From an uncultured Granulicella sp. (GTDB lineage: Bacteria; Acidobacteriota; Terriglobia; Terriglobales; Acidobacteriaceae), in contig CBDDBI010000010.1 in NCBI GenBank assembly GCA_965225725.1, forward strand, positions 169,229 to 233,228: a DNA stretch of 64,000 bases. Reading direction: 5' to 3'. A program made the translations under genes and the position numbers. Under the pieces are notes generated by a model, which saw only the letters and a program-made list of their open reading frames with translations, ran no database searches and was not told where the DNA came from. The first letter of the stretch is position 1; the number at the start of each line of letters is the position of its first letter. Shown piece after piece: positions 29,237-41,599 of this stretch.

Positions 29237-29696
29237 TGGAATCTCCCTTTTCCATCAAAGGTTTTACTGAATTCGACTTACGCTGTCCGCCATGGTTCAG
29301 CCAGGCTCGTCGTGTTGGGTGTTACGTGGGTTGGACTGAGTTCGTTCCCGAATATTCGAACTATTTCTTGCGATTTACCGCATTTTGTTCTTAGGACCAT
29401 GGTCCCTGCTTTGGTAGAAAGCATTCGCCATGCCAAAGCTGCGGACTCCTGTTTGCAAGCACTTACTAGAGTTCGTCGGGCATGTAATAGTTGGAAGTGT
29501 TCGAAAGGCTGTGCGGAGTGTCCGGTTGTGAACGATTGCGGGGAATCATCGGAGTTACGGTGGAGTGCAAAACAAGAGCCTCGCGCAGAGAGCGACGCAG
29601 ATTGGCGCGGTTCCTGCCTCGGAAATCTTCGTCGTTTCCAGCGCTTTCTGCGCGAGGTTCTTCTTCACGCTGCGGCGACACTCTAAACTGACGAGA

Positions 29697-30257
29697 ATGC
29701 ACCTGACCCGCGCCACAGAAGCCGACTACCCTTCCATCGTTGGGATTGCCAACATTGCCTACCGCGGAGGTGGCGACTCGCCCGGTTGGACCACCGAAGC
29801 CAGCTATATTGAAGGCCCGCGCTTGACCGAACCTCAGCTCCGCGCGGAGCTGCTTGCCAAACCGGAGGCTCATCTGCTGACTCTGCGCGAGGACGGCGAC
29901 GACCTTCTGCTGGGGACCGTCTGGCTGGAGCCAAAGGGTGCGGGTGTATGGTATCTGGGGCTGCTAACCGTTCGGCCGGACCTGCAGCAACGGCAGCTTG
30001 GACGCGGTCTGCTGGCCGCAGCCGAGGCGTATGCGGCCGAGAACGGAGCCACGTGCATCCGCATGAGCGTCGTCAACATCCGCGCCGCGCTGATTGCCTG
30101 GTACGAGCGTCGCGGCTACGTGCGGACGGGCGAATCGGAGCCGTTTCCCTACGGCGACACGCGCTTCGGCAAGCCGTTGCGCGACGACCTGAGCTTCCTC
30201 AATCTTCAAAAGGAACTTGCACCAGCCGACCTCGACCTGCACAGGCCAAACCCTTAA
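29697..30257 (+). CDS. GNAT family N-acetyltransferase
   Basis: WTTEA, YLGLLTVRPDLQQRQLGRGLL (acetyl-CoA motif A) and LIAWYERRGY. Confidence 0.9.
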   Translation: MHLTRATEADYPSIVGIANIAYRGGGDSPGWTTEASYIEGPRLTEPQLRAELLAKPEAHLLTLREDGDDLLLGTVWLEPKGAGVWYLGLLTVRPDLQQRQLGRGLLAAAEAYAAENGATCIRMSVVNIRAALIAWYERRGYVRTGESEPFPYGDTRFGKPLRDDLSFLNLQKELAPADLDLHRPNP

Positions 30258-30283
30258 GATAGAGGTTGGGGTTTCTCAACGGA

Positions 30284-33130
<2,847 letters not shown>

Positions 33131-33186
33131 CCATCCCCGGCCAGGCCACTCGCCCGCACACCTTTCGAAAAGAGATCAGCAATCCC

Positions 33187-33342
33187 ATGGCAAACACCAA
33201 GAGCATTACCGATAAAGAAGAGCGCAAGAAGATCAAGCGGACTGCGCGGCGCAAGGCCGCTCCGAAGGCTCCGCGCACCGGCGCGCGTGGCGAGAACAAG
33301 GCGAAGGTGAAGAAGGCTTCGCGCGGTCAGTCGAAGCGCTAA
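33187..33342 (+). CDS. Small highly basic protein (51 aa, 20 Lys+Arg), below the ORF-track cut-off
   Basis: MANTKSITDKEERKKIKRTARRKAAPKAPRTGARGENKAKVKKASRGQSKR; fills the pcrA-permease gap; biased AAG/CGC codons. Confidence 0.75.
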   Translation: MANTKSITDKEERKKIKRTARRKAAPKAPRTGARGENKAKVKKASRGQSKR

Positions 33343-33541
33343 GCGTCGAAAGCTTAGGAGCGGCTGCCCCACGATCGGCGCGACATGCGCAGATCGTGGG
33401 GTCTTCGTGTTGGTGGAGCGTCGCGAGGTCGCGGCTTGCGATAACGTGCGCTTTGAACCATGGGAACATGGGGCAACGAGGGTTTCGTTGTAAGGTGGTG
33501 TTAATAACTGCCACTCCCACGCCTGGAGCGACCGCGTCCCC

Positions 33542-35104
33542 TTGCCGAGACAAATCTTTGCTAAAAAGTCCATCGACAAACTTATCTCCGACTCCGAGCG
33601 CCCGGAACATGCGCTGAAGAAGACGCTTGGGCCGGTTTCGCTGACCGCGCTTGGGGTTGGCATCGTGATCGGCTCAGGCATCTTCACGGTGATTGGTACC
33701 GCGATTGGCGGAAATCCTGCAACGACGGCGACGTGGTCGGAATCGCCTGTGATCGACCTGATCTGGGGTGCGCTGCACCATACGAGCGGGGTGGTTGCGG
33801 GCCGTCCCGGCGCAGGGCCGGCGCTGGTCATCTCGCTGTTGCTCGTCGCGTGTGTGTGCGCGCTCACCGGGCTGTGCTACGCGGAGCTCGCGAGCATGAT
33901 TCCGATCGCGGGGTCCGCCTACACCTATTCCTATGCGACTCTGGGCGAGTTGATCGCGTGGATTATCGGATGGGACCTGATTCTCGAATACGCGTTTGCC
34001 AATATGAGCGTCTCGGTGGGCTTCGCGGCGCACCTGGTGAATTTGCTTGACTGGTTCGGAATTCATCTTGACCCGAAGTGGCTGGAGCCGGCGTACCTGC
34101 CGCTGGGCGCGCAGGACCTGGCCGGGCACGATATCTTTGCGCCCGGGCTGCACTTTGGATTTGATATTCCAGCGTTCCTGATCGTGCTGATCATCACCTA
34201 CCTGCTGGTGCGCGGCATTCGCGAGTCGGCGCGGACGAACAACGCCATGGTGCTGATCAAGATCGGCGCCATTCTCACCTTCGTCTTCTTCGGCCTGAGC
34301 TTCATCCACCCGGCGTACTACCATCCGTTTGCGCCGACCGGAATGGGCGGGATCTTGGCTGGCGGGTCCATTATCTTCTTCACGTACATCGGCTTCGATG
34401 CCGTTTCGACGGCTTCGGAAGAGTGCAAGAAGCCGCAGCGCGATGTGCCGATTGGCATCATTGCGACGCTGATCGTTTGCACCGTGCTCTACATCGGCGT
34501 GGCGGCTGTGCTTACGGGTCTCGTGCCCTGGCAGTCGGTTGCGGGAGATGGAGCGCCAGTGGTGAACGCGCTGCAGCGCGTAGCGCTGACGCCGGGTGCG
34601 CATCGTCTGCACTGGGTTCGTCTTGCGGTGCTCTTCGGGGCGATTCTCGGGATGGTTTCGTCGATCCTGGTGGGGCAGTATGGGCAGGCGCGCATCTGGT
34701 TTGCGATGTCGCGCGACCGACTGCTGCCGGACCGCTTCAGCAACATCCACCCGCGGTTTCGCACTCCGGCCTTCGCCACCTGGGTTGCGGGCATCCTGGT
34801 TGCAATTCCAGCGGGGCTGTTCGACGTGGGTACGCTGGCGGAGATGTCGAACATCGGAACGCTGTTTGCGTTTGTGCTGGTTTCGATCGGCGTGATCGTG
34901 CTGCGCTACAAGGATCCGGAGCGCCCGCGTGGGTTCCGCGTGCCGTTCGGCCCGGTGATACCGATTCTGAGCGTGTGCTTTTGCATCCTGCTAATGGCTG
35001 GGCTGCCGGCGCGGACTTGGATTCGCTTCTTTCTATGGCTGATCATTGGGCTCTTTGTCTACGTGCTGTACTCGCGCAAGCGCAGCGAGTTCTACGAACA
35101 GTAG
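33542..35104 (+). CDS. Amino acid permease (APC superfamily, cationic amino acid transporter-like)
   Basis: LGVGIVIGSGIF, YAELASMIPIAGSAYTY, FFTYIGFDAVST and QARIWFAMSRD. Confidence 0.93.
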   Translation: MPRQIFAKKSIDKLISDSERPEHALKKTLGPVSLTALGVGIVIGSGIFTVIGTAIGGNPATTATWSESPVIDLIWGALHHTSGVVAGRPGAGPALVISLLLVACVCALTGLCYAELASMIPIAGSAYTYSYATLGELIAWIIGWDLILEYAFANMSVSVGFAAHLVNLLDWFGIHLDPKWLEPAYLPLGAQDLAGHDIFAPGLHFGFDIPAFLIVLIITYLLVRGIRESARTNNAMVLIKIGAILTFVFFGLSFIHPAYYHPFAPTGMGGILAGGSIIFFTYIGFDAVSTASEECKKPQRDVPIGIIATLIVCTVLYIGVAAVLTGLVPWQSVAGDGAPVVNALQRVALTPGAHRLHWVRLAVLFGAILGMVSSILVGQYGQARIWFAMSRDRLLPDRFSNIHPRFRTPAFATWVAGILVAIPAGLFDVGTLAEMSNIGTLFAFVLVSIGVIVLRYKDPERPRGFRVPFGPVIPILSVCFCILLMAGLPARTWIRFFLWLIIGLFVYVLYSRKRSEFYEQ

Positions 35105-35106
35105 AA

Positions 35107-35216
35107 GCGCCCTGACGCCGGGCGGGCGGTACTGCGTACGCCGGGAGCTTCGCGTGAAAGCCAATATCCCACGAAGTGGTCGCCGCGCGGGATGAGCGCG
35201 CCCGTGCGGCAGCACA
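35107..35216. repeat. Family 1 element lacking the central hairpin (arm A + arm B)
   Basis: gcgccctgacg...gtactgcgtacgccgggagcttcgcg followed by cacgaagtggtcgc...cccgtgcggcagcaca. Confidence 0.75.
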
Positions 35217-35219
35217 TCC

Positions 35220-35951
35220 TCACTCCTCGTCGTTATCCTTGAAGGCGACGACTTCGTCTGTGGCATCGCTGGCGCGAAGCTCCGCCAGCAGCCGGCGATG
35301 CATTGGCTTGGTCGCCACGACCGAAAACGCCACCCGCTCCAGGCCGCCGATATTGTCGCGGTCGAGCACGGCCAGGCGCTCGCCGGCTCCGTCGAGCACG
35401 GACAGAATCGCTCTCTGCATCCGCTGTAGCGCGGCCTCTGTGTCTGTCGCAGCGCGGACATCGGCGCGCACCTCGTAGACCATGGCGTAGCGCTTCCAGC
35501 CGAGATTGCCTTCGAAGGCGCCGATGATCTGCAGCAGGATGAGCACGAGTCCGGTGGCGATCGCGGCCTCCACATACAAGCCGGCGCCGCAGGTCATGCC
35601 GATAGCCGCAACGACGAAGACGGTGGCCGCGCTGGTGAGGCCAATGGTCTTGCTCTTGGTGTGCAGGATGAGGCCAGCACCCAGGAAGCCGACGCCCTGC
35701 ACGATGTTCGCGGCGATCTGCCCGCGGTTCGAGGTCTGGTCACCGGCGATAACGACGGACATGATGGTGAAGAGCGCGGAGCCCATTGAGATGAGCATGT
35801 TGGTGCGGAGGCCGCTGTCTTTATGTCGCCATTCGCGCTCAATACCAATGAGGCCGCCCATCGCGCAGGCCATCAGCAGACGCGTGGTCGAGCTCTGCGA
35901 GAGCAGCATCTGTTGGAAGGTTGAGAAGTGGAGATGGCTGGGATCGATCAT
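35220..35951 (-). CDS. MgtC/SapB family membrane protein
   Basis: GGLIGIEREW, GLRTNMLI, IAANIVQGVGFLGAG and GLTSAATVF. Confidence 0.9.
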   Translation of the reverse strand: MIDPSHLHFSTFQQMLLSQSSTTRLLMACAMGGLIGIEREWRHKDSGLRTNMLISMGSALFTIMSVVIAGDQTSNRGQIAANIVQGVGFLGAGLILHTKSKTIGLTSAATVFVVAAIGMTCGAGLYVEAAIATGLVLILLQIIGAFEGNLGWKRYAMVYEVRADVRAATDTEAALQRMQRAILSVLDGAGERLAVLDRDNIGGLERVAFSVVATKPMHRRLLAELRASDATDEVVAFKDNDEE

Positions 35952-36037
35952 CCTGGTTGGGCTCAAGCGCCAGAATACGCTCGCAGCGAGGCAGTTTGAA
36001 CACGGGGAATCCGCGTGGGCACGAGTATCCTTAGAAG

Positions 36038-37087
36038 ATGCCGCGCAAGCAACAACCCGCACCTGTCATCGAAATCCCGGAATGGCTTCGGCACCTGCCG
36101 AAGGCTGAGCTGCACCTGCACCTCGAAGGCACGATCGTGCCGGAGACGCTGCTTGAGTTATCGAGGCGGCACGATGCCGAGCCGCTGACGCTGGAATCGA
36201 TTCGCGAGCTTTACGTCTATAAGGATTTTCTCGGCTTCATGGATGCGTTCAAAGCAGTTTCATCGCGGCTGAAAGGCCCGGACGACTACGAGCTGATTAC
36301 GTACAACATGATTCGCGATCTGGCCGCTCAGGGCGTCGTCCACGCCGAGGTGTATATCTCGTTCGGGATTATCTACTACTGGAAGAACACGGCGGTTGAG
36401 CCGTTTGTAGAGGCGATCGAGCGGGCGCGGGTGCGGGCCGAGCAGGAGTTTGGCACGACCATCTACTGGCTGATTGATGCCGTGCGGCACTTCGGCGCGG
36501 AGGAGGCGCAGAAGGTCTTTCGCAAGGCGGCGGAGCTGCGCACGACCTATCCGAGCATCGTAGGGATCGGGATTGGCGGCGATGAGGCGCGCGGCGCGGC
36601 CGACCTGTTCAAAGAGAGCTACGCGGAGGCCAAAGCCGCCGGGCTGCGGCTTACGGCGCACGCGGGGGAGACTGGCGGGCCCGTGAATGGGCCGGCGAGC
36701 ATCTGGGCGGCGCTGAACATCGGCGCCGAACGGATTGGACATGCGCTGGCCGCGCAGCACGATAGCGACTTGATGCGGGTGTTGAGCGAGAAGCAGGTGC
36801 CGCTGGAGCTGAACCTGACTTCGAATATCCGGACGGGTTGCTGCGCGAGGTTCGAGGAGCATCCGCTGCGACGGTACTTCGAGGAGGGACTGATGATTAC
36901 GATCAACTCCGACGATCCGCCGATGTTCGGATCAAACCTGCTGGAGGAGTACGTGCTGGTGCAGAAGCTGTTCGAGTTCTCGCTGGAGCAGATGCGGGAG
37001 CTGGCGGCGAATTCGGTGGAGGCCAGCTTTTTGCCACCTGAGCGCAAGCTGAAGTTGCTGGCGGCGATCGAGCAGTATCGGGCTTGA
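36038..37087 (+). CDS. add: Adenosine deaminase
   Basis: LPKAELHLHLEG, AHAGE, RIGH and NSDDPPMFG. Confidence 0.92.
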   Translation: MPRKQQPAPVIEIPEWLRHLPKAELHLHLEGTIVPETLLELSRRHDAEPLTLESIRELYVYKDFLGFMDAFKAVSSRLKGPDDYELITYNMIRDLAAQGVVHAEVYISFGIIYYWKNTAVEPFVEAIERARVRAEQEFGTTIYWLIDAVRHFGAEEAQKVFRKAAELRTTYPSIVGIGIGGDEARGAADLFKESYAEAKAAGLRLTAHAGETGGPVNGPASIWAALNIGAERIGHALAAQHDSDLMRVLSEKQVPLELNLTSNIRTGCCARFEEHPLRRYFEEGLMITINSDDPPMFGSNLLEEYVLVQKLFEFSLEQMRELAANSVEASFLPPERKLKLLAAIEQYRA

Positions 37088-37101
37088 AACGGAGACAAAA
37101 A

Positions 37102-37190
37102 CGCTCTCGCAAAGAGCGCAAAGGAAGCCAGGTTACGCCAAGGTTTTCCTTCGCGCAACTTGGCTCGCTTGGCGCTCTTTGCGAGAGCGC
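37102..37190. repeat. Inverted repeat of family 3 (CGCTCTCGCAAAGAGCGC)
   Basis: cgctctcgcaaagagcgc versus gcgctctttgcgagagcg; the same unit recurs at 51887-51914; lies between convergent genes. Confidence 0.75.
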
Positions 37191-37198
37191 TTTTTGCT

Positions 37199-37843
37199 TT
37201 AACGGGGCGCGGGCACCATGACGGCGCTGGGGTCTACCTTGGGGATGCCGAAGTGGCCTCCCAGGTGCATCAGGTCAAGTGGGCGCAGGTCGCAGGCTAC
37301 CTGGATAACGTTCATGTTCTTGGGGCCGCGGGTGAGGACGGTGACCGCGTCGACGTCGGAGCCGGAGAAGTGCAGCCACATGTCGGTGATGGTCTTACTC
37401 GGCTGGGCGCTGTTGGCGGGAGTCTGGTTGGCGTTGACGAGATGCTTCCATCCGGCGGCCTTGTAGCTATCAAGCAGGGCCGTCATCGCTTCGGGCGTGT
37501 AGAAGGCTGGCTGCTTGTAGTGGTAGGTATCAAAGGTGACGCCGCGAAGCGCAAGCGCCGCTCGCTTGGCGTCCATGCCGTTGGCCTCCAGGATGCCCTG
37601 CGCGACGGCTAGCGAATCCTTGTCGAAGGTATAGCCGAAGTGGGTGGCGGGCTGGTCGGTGAGCGAGGCGAGCTCCTGCGAGAAGTTGGGCGGCTGCGGA
37701 AGCGGAACGGCAGGCGCTGACGCCCCATAGGCGTCAGGTGGAGGCGGCGCAACGGAGGCGGCGTACTGCTGAGTGAACTGCTGTTGGGCGAAGGCGGGGG
37801 CGCTGAGCAGCGCGGCGAGGAGGAGGGTTGAAGTTGCACGCAT
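37199..37843 (-). CDS. Secreted hypothetical protein, possibly DUF4252-like
   Basis: Signal peptide ending AFAQ; C-terminal DLRPLDLMHLGGHFGIP. Confidence 0.6.
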   Translation of the reverse strand: MRATSTLLLAALLSAPAFAQQQFTQQYAASVAPPPPDAYGASAPAVPLPQPPNFSQELASLTDQPATHFGYTFDKDSLAVAQGILEANGMDAKRAALALRGVTFDTYHYKQPAFYTPEAMTALLDSYKAAGWKHLVNANQTPANSAQPSKTITDMWLHFSGSDVDAVTVLTRGPKNMNVIQVACDLRPLDLMHLGGHFGIPKVDPSAVMVPAPR

Positions 37844-37902
37844 GCGAGGTTCTCCTGCAGGAGTTAGACCCCGGTTTGAAAAGAAAGTTTGCGTTCAAGG
37901 CT

Positions 37903-37980
37903 TGTCCTGCCGGACGGGCCCGCTTGTCGCGCGGAGCGAGCAATTCGTGCCGTGATCGCTTCGCGTGGCCGCGCGGCACA
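37903..37980. repeat. Half copy of family 1 element
   Basis: tgtcctgccggacgggcccgct...gcttcgcgtgg. Confidence 0.75.
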
Positions 37981-38042
37981 AGGTTGTGTGACAACCGAGC
38001 GGAGGACTAAGTGAAGCTTTTGGCGTCGCGACATTCTTCTCG

Positions 38043-39029
38043 TCATTGGCCCGGTTTGGGAGCGAAGTAGCCGGTTCGCGCGCGTACGTGGTACTTGTCG
38101 TTGGTCGCCTGCAGGTAGATGGTGCGGAAGCTGCCATCCTGTTTGAAGTCCGACGGGGTGTATTCGAGGGAGTACTGGCTGCGCAGCTCTTCTTCGATGT
38201 CGCGGAAGCCGAGGGCTACGTCTTCGAGGCGTTCAGGGAAGAAGGTGCGGCCGCCGGTGGCGTCGGAGATGGTCTGCAGGACGTCCGAACCTTTGCCGCG
38301 GGTGGGGCTGGTGTCGGTCGAGATGGTGTAGACGATGGTTTCGGCGCGCTGGCACATCTTGATGGCGTCGGATTCGAGCGCACGGCTGTAGTTATCATCG
38401 CCGTCGGAGACGAGGATGATGGCCTTGCGAACGGGCGTGTCCTCTTTGAGCGTGAGCATCTGCTGTTGGCAGGTGTGGTAGAGCGAGTCGAAGAGCGCGG
38501 TGCCGCCGCCGGGGCGAAGCTTACGGATCCCCTGGTTGAGCGCGTCGATGTTGTTGGTGTAGTCCTGAGTCAGATCGGTGGTGATGTCGAAGCCTTCGAC
38601 GAAGGCGCGGTCGCCGGGATGGAGGACCTGCAGAAAGAAGTCGAGGGCGGAGTCCTGCTCGAACTTGAAGCGCGTGCGGATAGAGCTGGACGTATCGAGC
38701 ATGATGCCGATGCGGAGCGGGAGGTTCGTCTGCTGGGTGAAGCTGACGACCGAGGCGGGCGGGCGTCCGTCGTCGAGGAGACCGAAGTCAGAGCGCTTGA
38801 GGCCGGTGATGAAGCGGCCCTTCTTGTCAGTCACGGTGAAGACGAGGTCGACCAGGTTGACGCCGGTCTTGAAGGTGAAGGTGGGTTCCTGGCCAGGTGG
38901 GGTGGCGTTCTGCGTGGGCTGCGGCTGCTGAGTCGGCGGTGGCGGAGTTGCCGGAGTCTGAGCGGCGGCGAAGCAGGTGAGTGCGGCAGCGAGGAGGGTC
39001 GAGCGGAACATGGCTTGCGGATGGGTCAC
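38043..39029 (-). CDS. VWA domain protein (acidobacterial VWFA type), exported
   Basis: FKTGVNLVDLVFTVTD, MIDAS DTSSS, GGTALFD, LVSDGDDN, TGGR and ELRSQYSLEY. Confidence 0.9.
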   Translation of the reverse strand: MTHPQAMFRSTLLAAALTCFAAAQTPATPPPPTQQPQPTQNATPPGQEPTFTFKTGVNLVDLVFTVTDKKGRFITGLKRSDFGLLDDGRPPASVVSFTQQTNLPLRIGIMLDTSSSIRTRFKFEQDSALDFFLQVLHPGDRAFVEGFDITTDLTQDYTNNIDALNQGIRKLRPGGGTALFDSLYHTCQQQMLTLKEDTPVRKAIILVSDGDDNYSRALESDAIKMCQRAETIVYTISTDTSPTRGKGSDVLQTISDATGGRTFFPERLEDVALGFRDIEEELRSQYSLEYTPSDFKQDGSFRTIYLQATNDKYHVRARTGYFAPKPGQ

Positions 39030-39203
39030 GCGTCGATTCTATCGCTTTTGCTCAGGTTCTGGGGCGCGTGGCAGAACAGGGGTGCGTGGGCAGCGATGTG
39101 CGGCTGCGCAGCAGGCGCAGGGAGATGGAAAGGCTCATTTCGAAAGCTGTCAGCTGGGGAGATGTAAGAGCTGAGTCCTAGAGTTACGGTTGAGGCCGGT
39201 GGG

Positions 39204-40256
39204 TCACGGCAACGGCTCGGCGTAGTAAGCCTGGCGGGTGCGGGCGGTTGTACCTGGTTGCGAGACTTTCACGTCGATGGAGTGGTATTCGTTGGGGTGT
39301 TCGGCGGGTGCGGGGGTAAAGCTGATCTCGTAGTATTCGGCGGCGTCGTCGACTGCGTGCTGGATGAGCTCGTTGATGTTGTTGTTGCTGTTGAGAACCA
39401 AGCCGCCGGAGTGGGTGGCGAGAACCTGGAGCGAAAGATCCGCGAAGTCGGTCTGGCCCGGCTTGGCGACGCCTTTGAGGTATTGCTGGTAGTAGAAGCG
39501 GTTCTCGATGGGCTGATTGTTGCCGCGGGGATCGACCGCATAGAGGGTGACGTTGGCTTCCTGGAGCTGGTGCGTCAGCTCGACGATCTGGTCAAATATG
39601 CCCTGCTGCTGCTTGTAGCTGATCTGAATGCGCGGACCGGAGAAGAGCGCCCAGCCGGGCGAGACGAAGATGAGGAGCTTGCGGCCGGAGACCTTGCCTT
39701 CGGCGGCGACGAGGCTGCGGAGGGCGGTGAGCGACCTGTCGAGGCGCTCTTCGGCGCCGTAGAAGCCAGTATCGCGGCCAATGATGCGAAGTCCGGTGAC
39801 CTGGGAATCGAGCGCGGCCTTGATGTTGTTGCCGTCGCGCGTACTGCTGGGCTGCACCTGCAAACCTTTATCGGTGAGGATGGCCAAGGCGGTGGGACGG
39901 GCGAGTTGCCCGTTGTTGGCGGTAAAGAACTTGTCGAGCTGCTGGCGCTCGTAGGCAATGGTGGTGTAGTTGGCGTTGACGGCGTCGATGACGATGAGCA
40001 CGCGGACCGGGGCGTCGGAGCCGAGGTGGCGGAAGGACTTGATGGGCTGAGCGACGCCGTTGTCGAGCAGGGTGAAGTCTGATTCCGGGAGAATCTGTTC
40101 GACCGGCTCGTCGTGCCGGCCGGTGACGACGACGGCGAGTCGAATGTCCGCGCCTTGCGGGTTTGCGGGCTTTGCGGCGGGGACCGGTTCCTGTGCAAAG
40201 AGGGTAAAGGAGGCGGCAGCGAGAAGTGGTAGAACGAAGCGGAGAGCAAATTTCAT
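39204..40256 (-). CDS. Second acidobacterial VWA domain protein with degenerate MIDAS
   Basis: Signal peptide; VIDAVNA in place of DxSxS; GRKLLIFVSPG, YAVDPRG and YYEISF. Confidence 0.85.
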   Translation of the reverse strand: MKFALRFVLPLLAAASFTLFAQEPVPAAKPANPQGADIRLAVVVTGRHDEPVEQILPESDFTLLDNGVAQPIKSFRHLGSDAPVRVLIVIDAVNANYTTIAYERQQLDKFFTANNGQLARPTALAILTDKGLQVQPSSTRDGNNIKAALDSQVTGLRIIGRDTGFYGAEERLDRSLTALRSLVAAEGKVSGRKLLIFVSPGWALFSGPRIQISYKQQQGIFDQIVELTHQLQEANVTLYAVDPRGNNQPIENRFYYQQYLKGVAKPGQTDFADLSLQVLATHSGGLVLNSNNNINELIQHAVDDAAEYYEISFTPAPAEHPNEYHSIDVKVSQPGTTARTRQAYYAEPLP

Positions 40257-40378
40257 GAGAAACCCCTTTGGCTTCAGGGCTTGATGGCACGGCGCATCTC
40301 ACGCTTGGAGGCGGCTGGCCCTGGGCTTTCTGGGTAGTGGACGCTTGCGGACGGGCCAGAGTTGCAAACAGCCTGGAA

Positions 40379-41482
40379 TCAGCTGCGCAGCTTCCCCAGA
40401 AACTCGACAAGTTCGGGAGCAAGCGGGGCCTCGAGGTTGAGGGTCTGGCGGGTGCGGGGGTGCTCGAATTCGAGCTGTGCGGCGTGGAGGAAGTTGCGTT
40501 CGAGCTCCAGCGCGGGCTCGCAGTTATCCGTGCGTTTGAGCACGTGCGGCGCGCCATAGAGGAAGTCGCCAACCACCGGATGGCCGAGCGACTGGAGGTG
40601 CACGCGAATCTGGTGGGTGCGGCCGGTCTCGATTTTGACTTCGACGAGCGTAAATGGGCCGTAGGGAGTGACCAGACGCTCGAGAACGTGGACGTGCGAG
40701 ACCGCGGAACGCCCGTCGGCACGGCGCGTGGTCATGCGGATGCGGCGGACGAGGTCACGGGCGATCGGCAGGGTGACCGTTGTGTCGTCCTTGGCGAGAT
40801 GCCCGTGAGCCAAGGCAAGGTAGGTCTTGTGGACCTCGCGGGCGGAGAACATCTCGCCCAATTTGCGGTGGGTGACGTCGTCTTTGGCGACGACGATGGC
40901 GCCAGAGGTCTGCTTGTCGAGGCGATGGACGATGCCCGGGCGCAGGGCTCCGCCGACGTCTGAAAGCTGCTGAAGATGGAACAGAAGCGCGTTCACCAGC
41001 GTGCCGCGGTTGCGGTCGTCTTCGGAGCTGCCGGCACCGGCGTGGACCATCATGCCCGCGGGTTTGTCGACGACGGCGAGGTATTTGTCTTCGAAGAGAA
41101 AGTTGAGCGGAATGTCTTCGGGAGTGGCGTGGAGGGGTTCGGGATTGGGCTGACCCTCGATCTCAATGGCCTCGCCGCCCTTCAGCTTGTCCTTGCATTT
41201 GGGGGTGGCACCGTCGACGCGCACCTGGCCGGCGTCGATGAGGAGCTGGACGCGGGCGCGGGAGATGTCGGGAAGAGCCTGCGAGAGGTACTGGTCAAGG
41301 CGGAGACCGGCGGCTTCGGGGGGAGCTTCGAAGCTGCGGATGGTGGAGTCGTCGGCGTCGTCTTCAAACTCGAGCGTGGGGATGATCGGCGGCATCTCCG
41401 GCTCGGCAAAGCGGGTGGCGACGTATTCGGCGCGAACGGAGTGGTGGCGCTGGCCTTTGGGCAGCATGTTTCTGGACGGCAT
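40379..41482 (-). CDS. rluD: RluA-family 23S rRNA pseudouridine synthase with S4 domain
   Basis: RLDQYL...SRARVQLLI (S4), VDKPAGM, HRLDKQTSG (catalytic Asp) and TGRTHQIRVH. Start uncertain because of an N-terminal extension. Confidence 0.9.
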   Translation of the reverse strand: MPSRNMLPKGQRHHSVRAEYVATRFAEPEMPPIIPTLEFEDDADDSTIRSFEAPPEAAGLRLDQYLSQALPDISRARVQLLIDAGQVRVDGATPKCKDKLKGGEAIEIEGQPNPEPLHATPEDIPLNFLFEDKYLAVVDKPAGMMVHAGAGSSEDDRNRGTLVNALLFHLQQLSDVGGALRPGIVHRLDKQTSGAIVVAKDDVTHRKLGEMFSAREVHKTYLALAHGHLAKDDTTVTLPIARDLVRRIRMTTRRADGRSAVSHVHVLERLVTPYGPFTLVEVKIETGRTHQIRVHLQSLGHPVVGDFLYGAPHVLKRTDNCEPALELERNFLHAAQLEFEHPRTRQTLNLEAPLAPELVEFLGKLRS

Positions 41483-41599
41483 GGGCTCTTTCCTTACCTT
41501 TTGATGGTAGCTGGTTTGGGGAGAAGAACAGGCAACGGCAAGGGCGTTCGCGCAGAGAGCGCGGAGAAAGGCGCAGATTTTCGCGGAGAAGGACTTGCT

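Noticed and set aside
29330-29470. c-di-GMP-I riboswitch (also considered at 44390-44440 before the diguanylate cyclase)
   Set aside because: The GGCAAA-stem-GAAA-stem-GACGCAAA arrangement is not satisfied.
28830-29696. dif site or DnaA-box cluster at the skew switch
   Set aside because: No TTATGTTAA-like XerD arm with a 6-nt core; best DnaA-box matches are isolated and have 2 or more mismatches.
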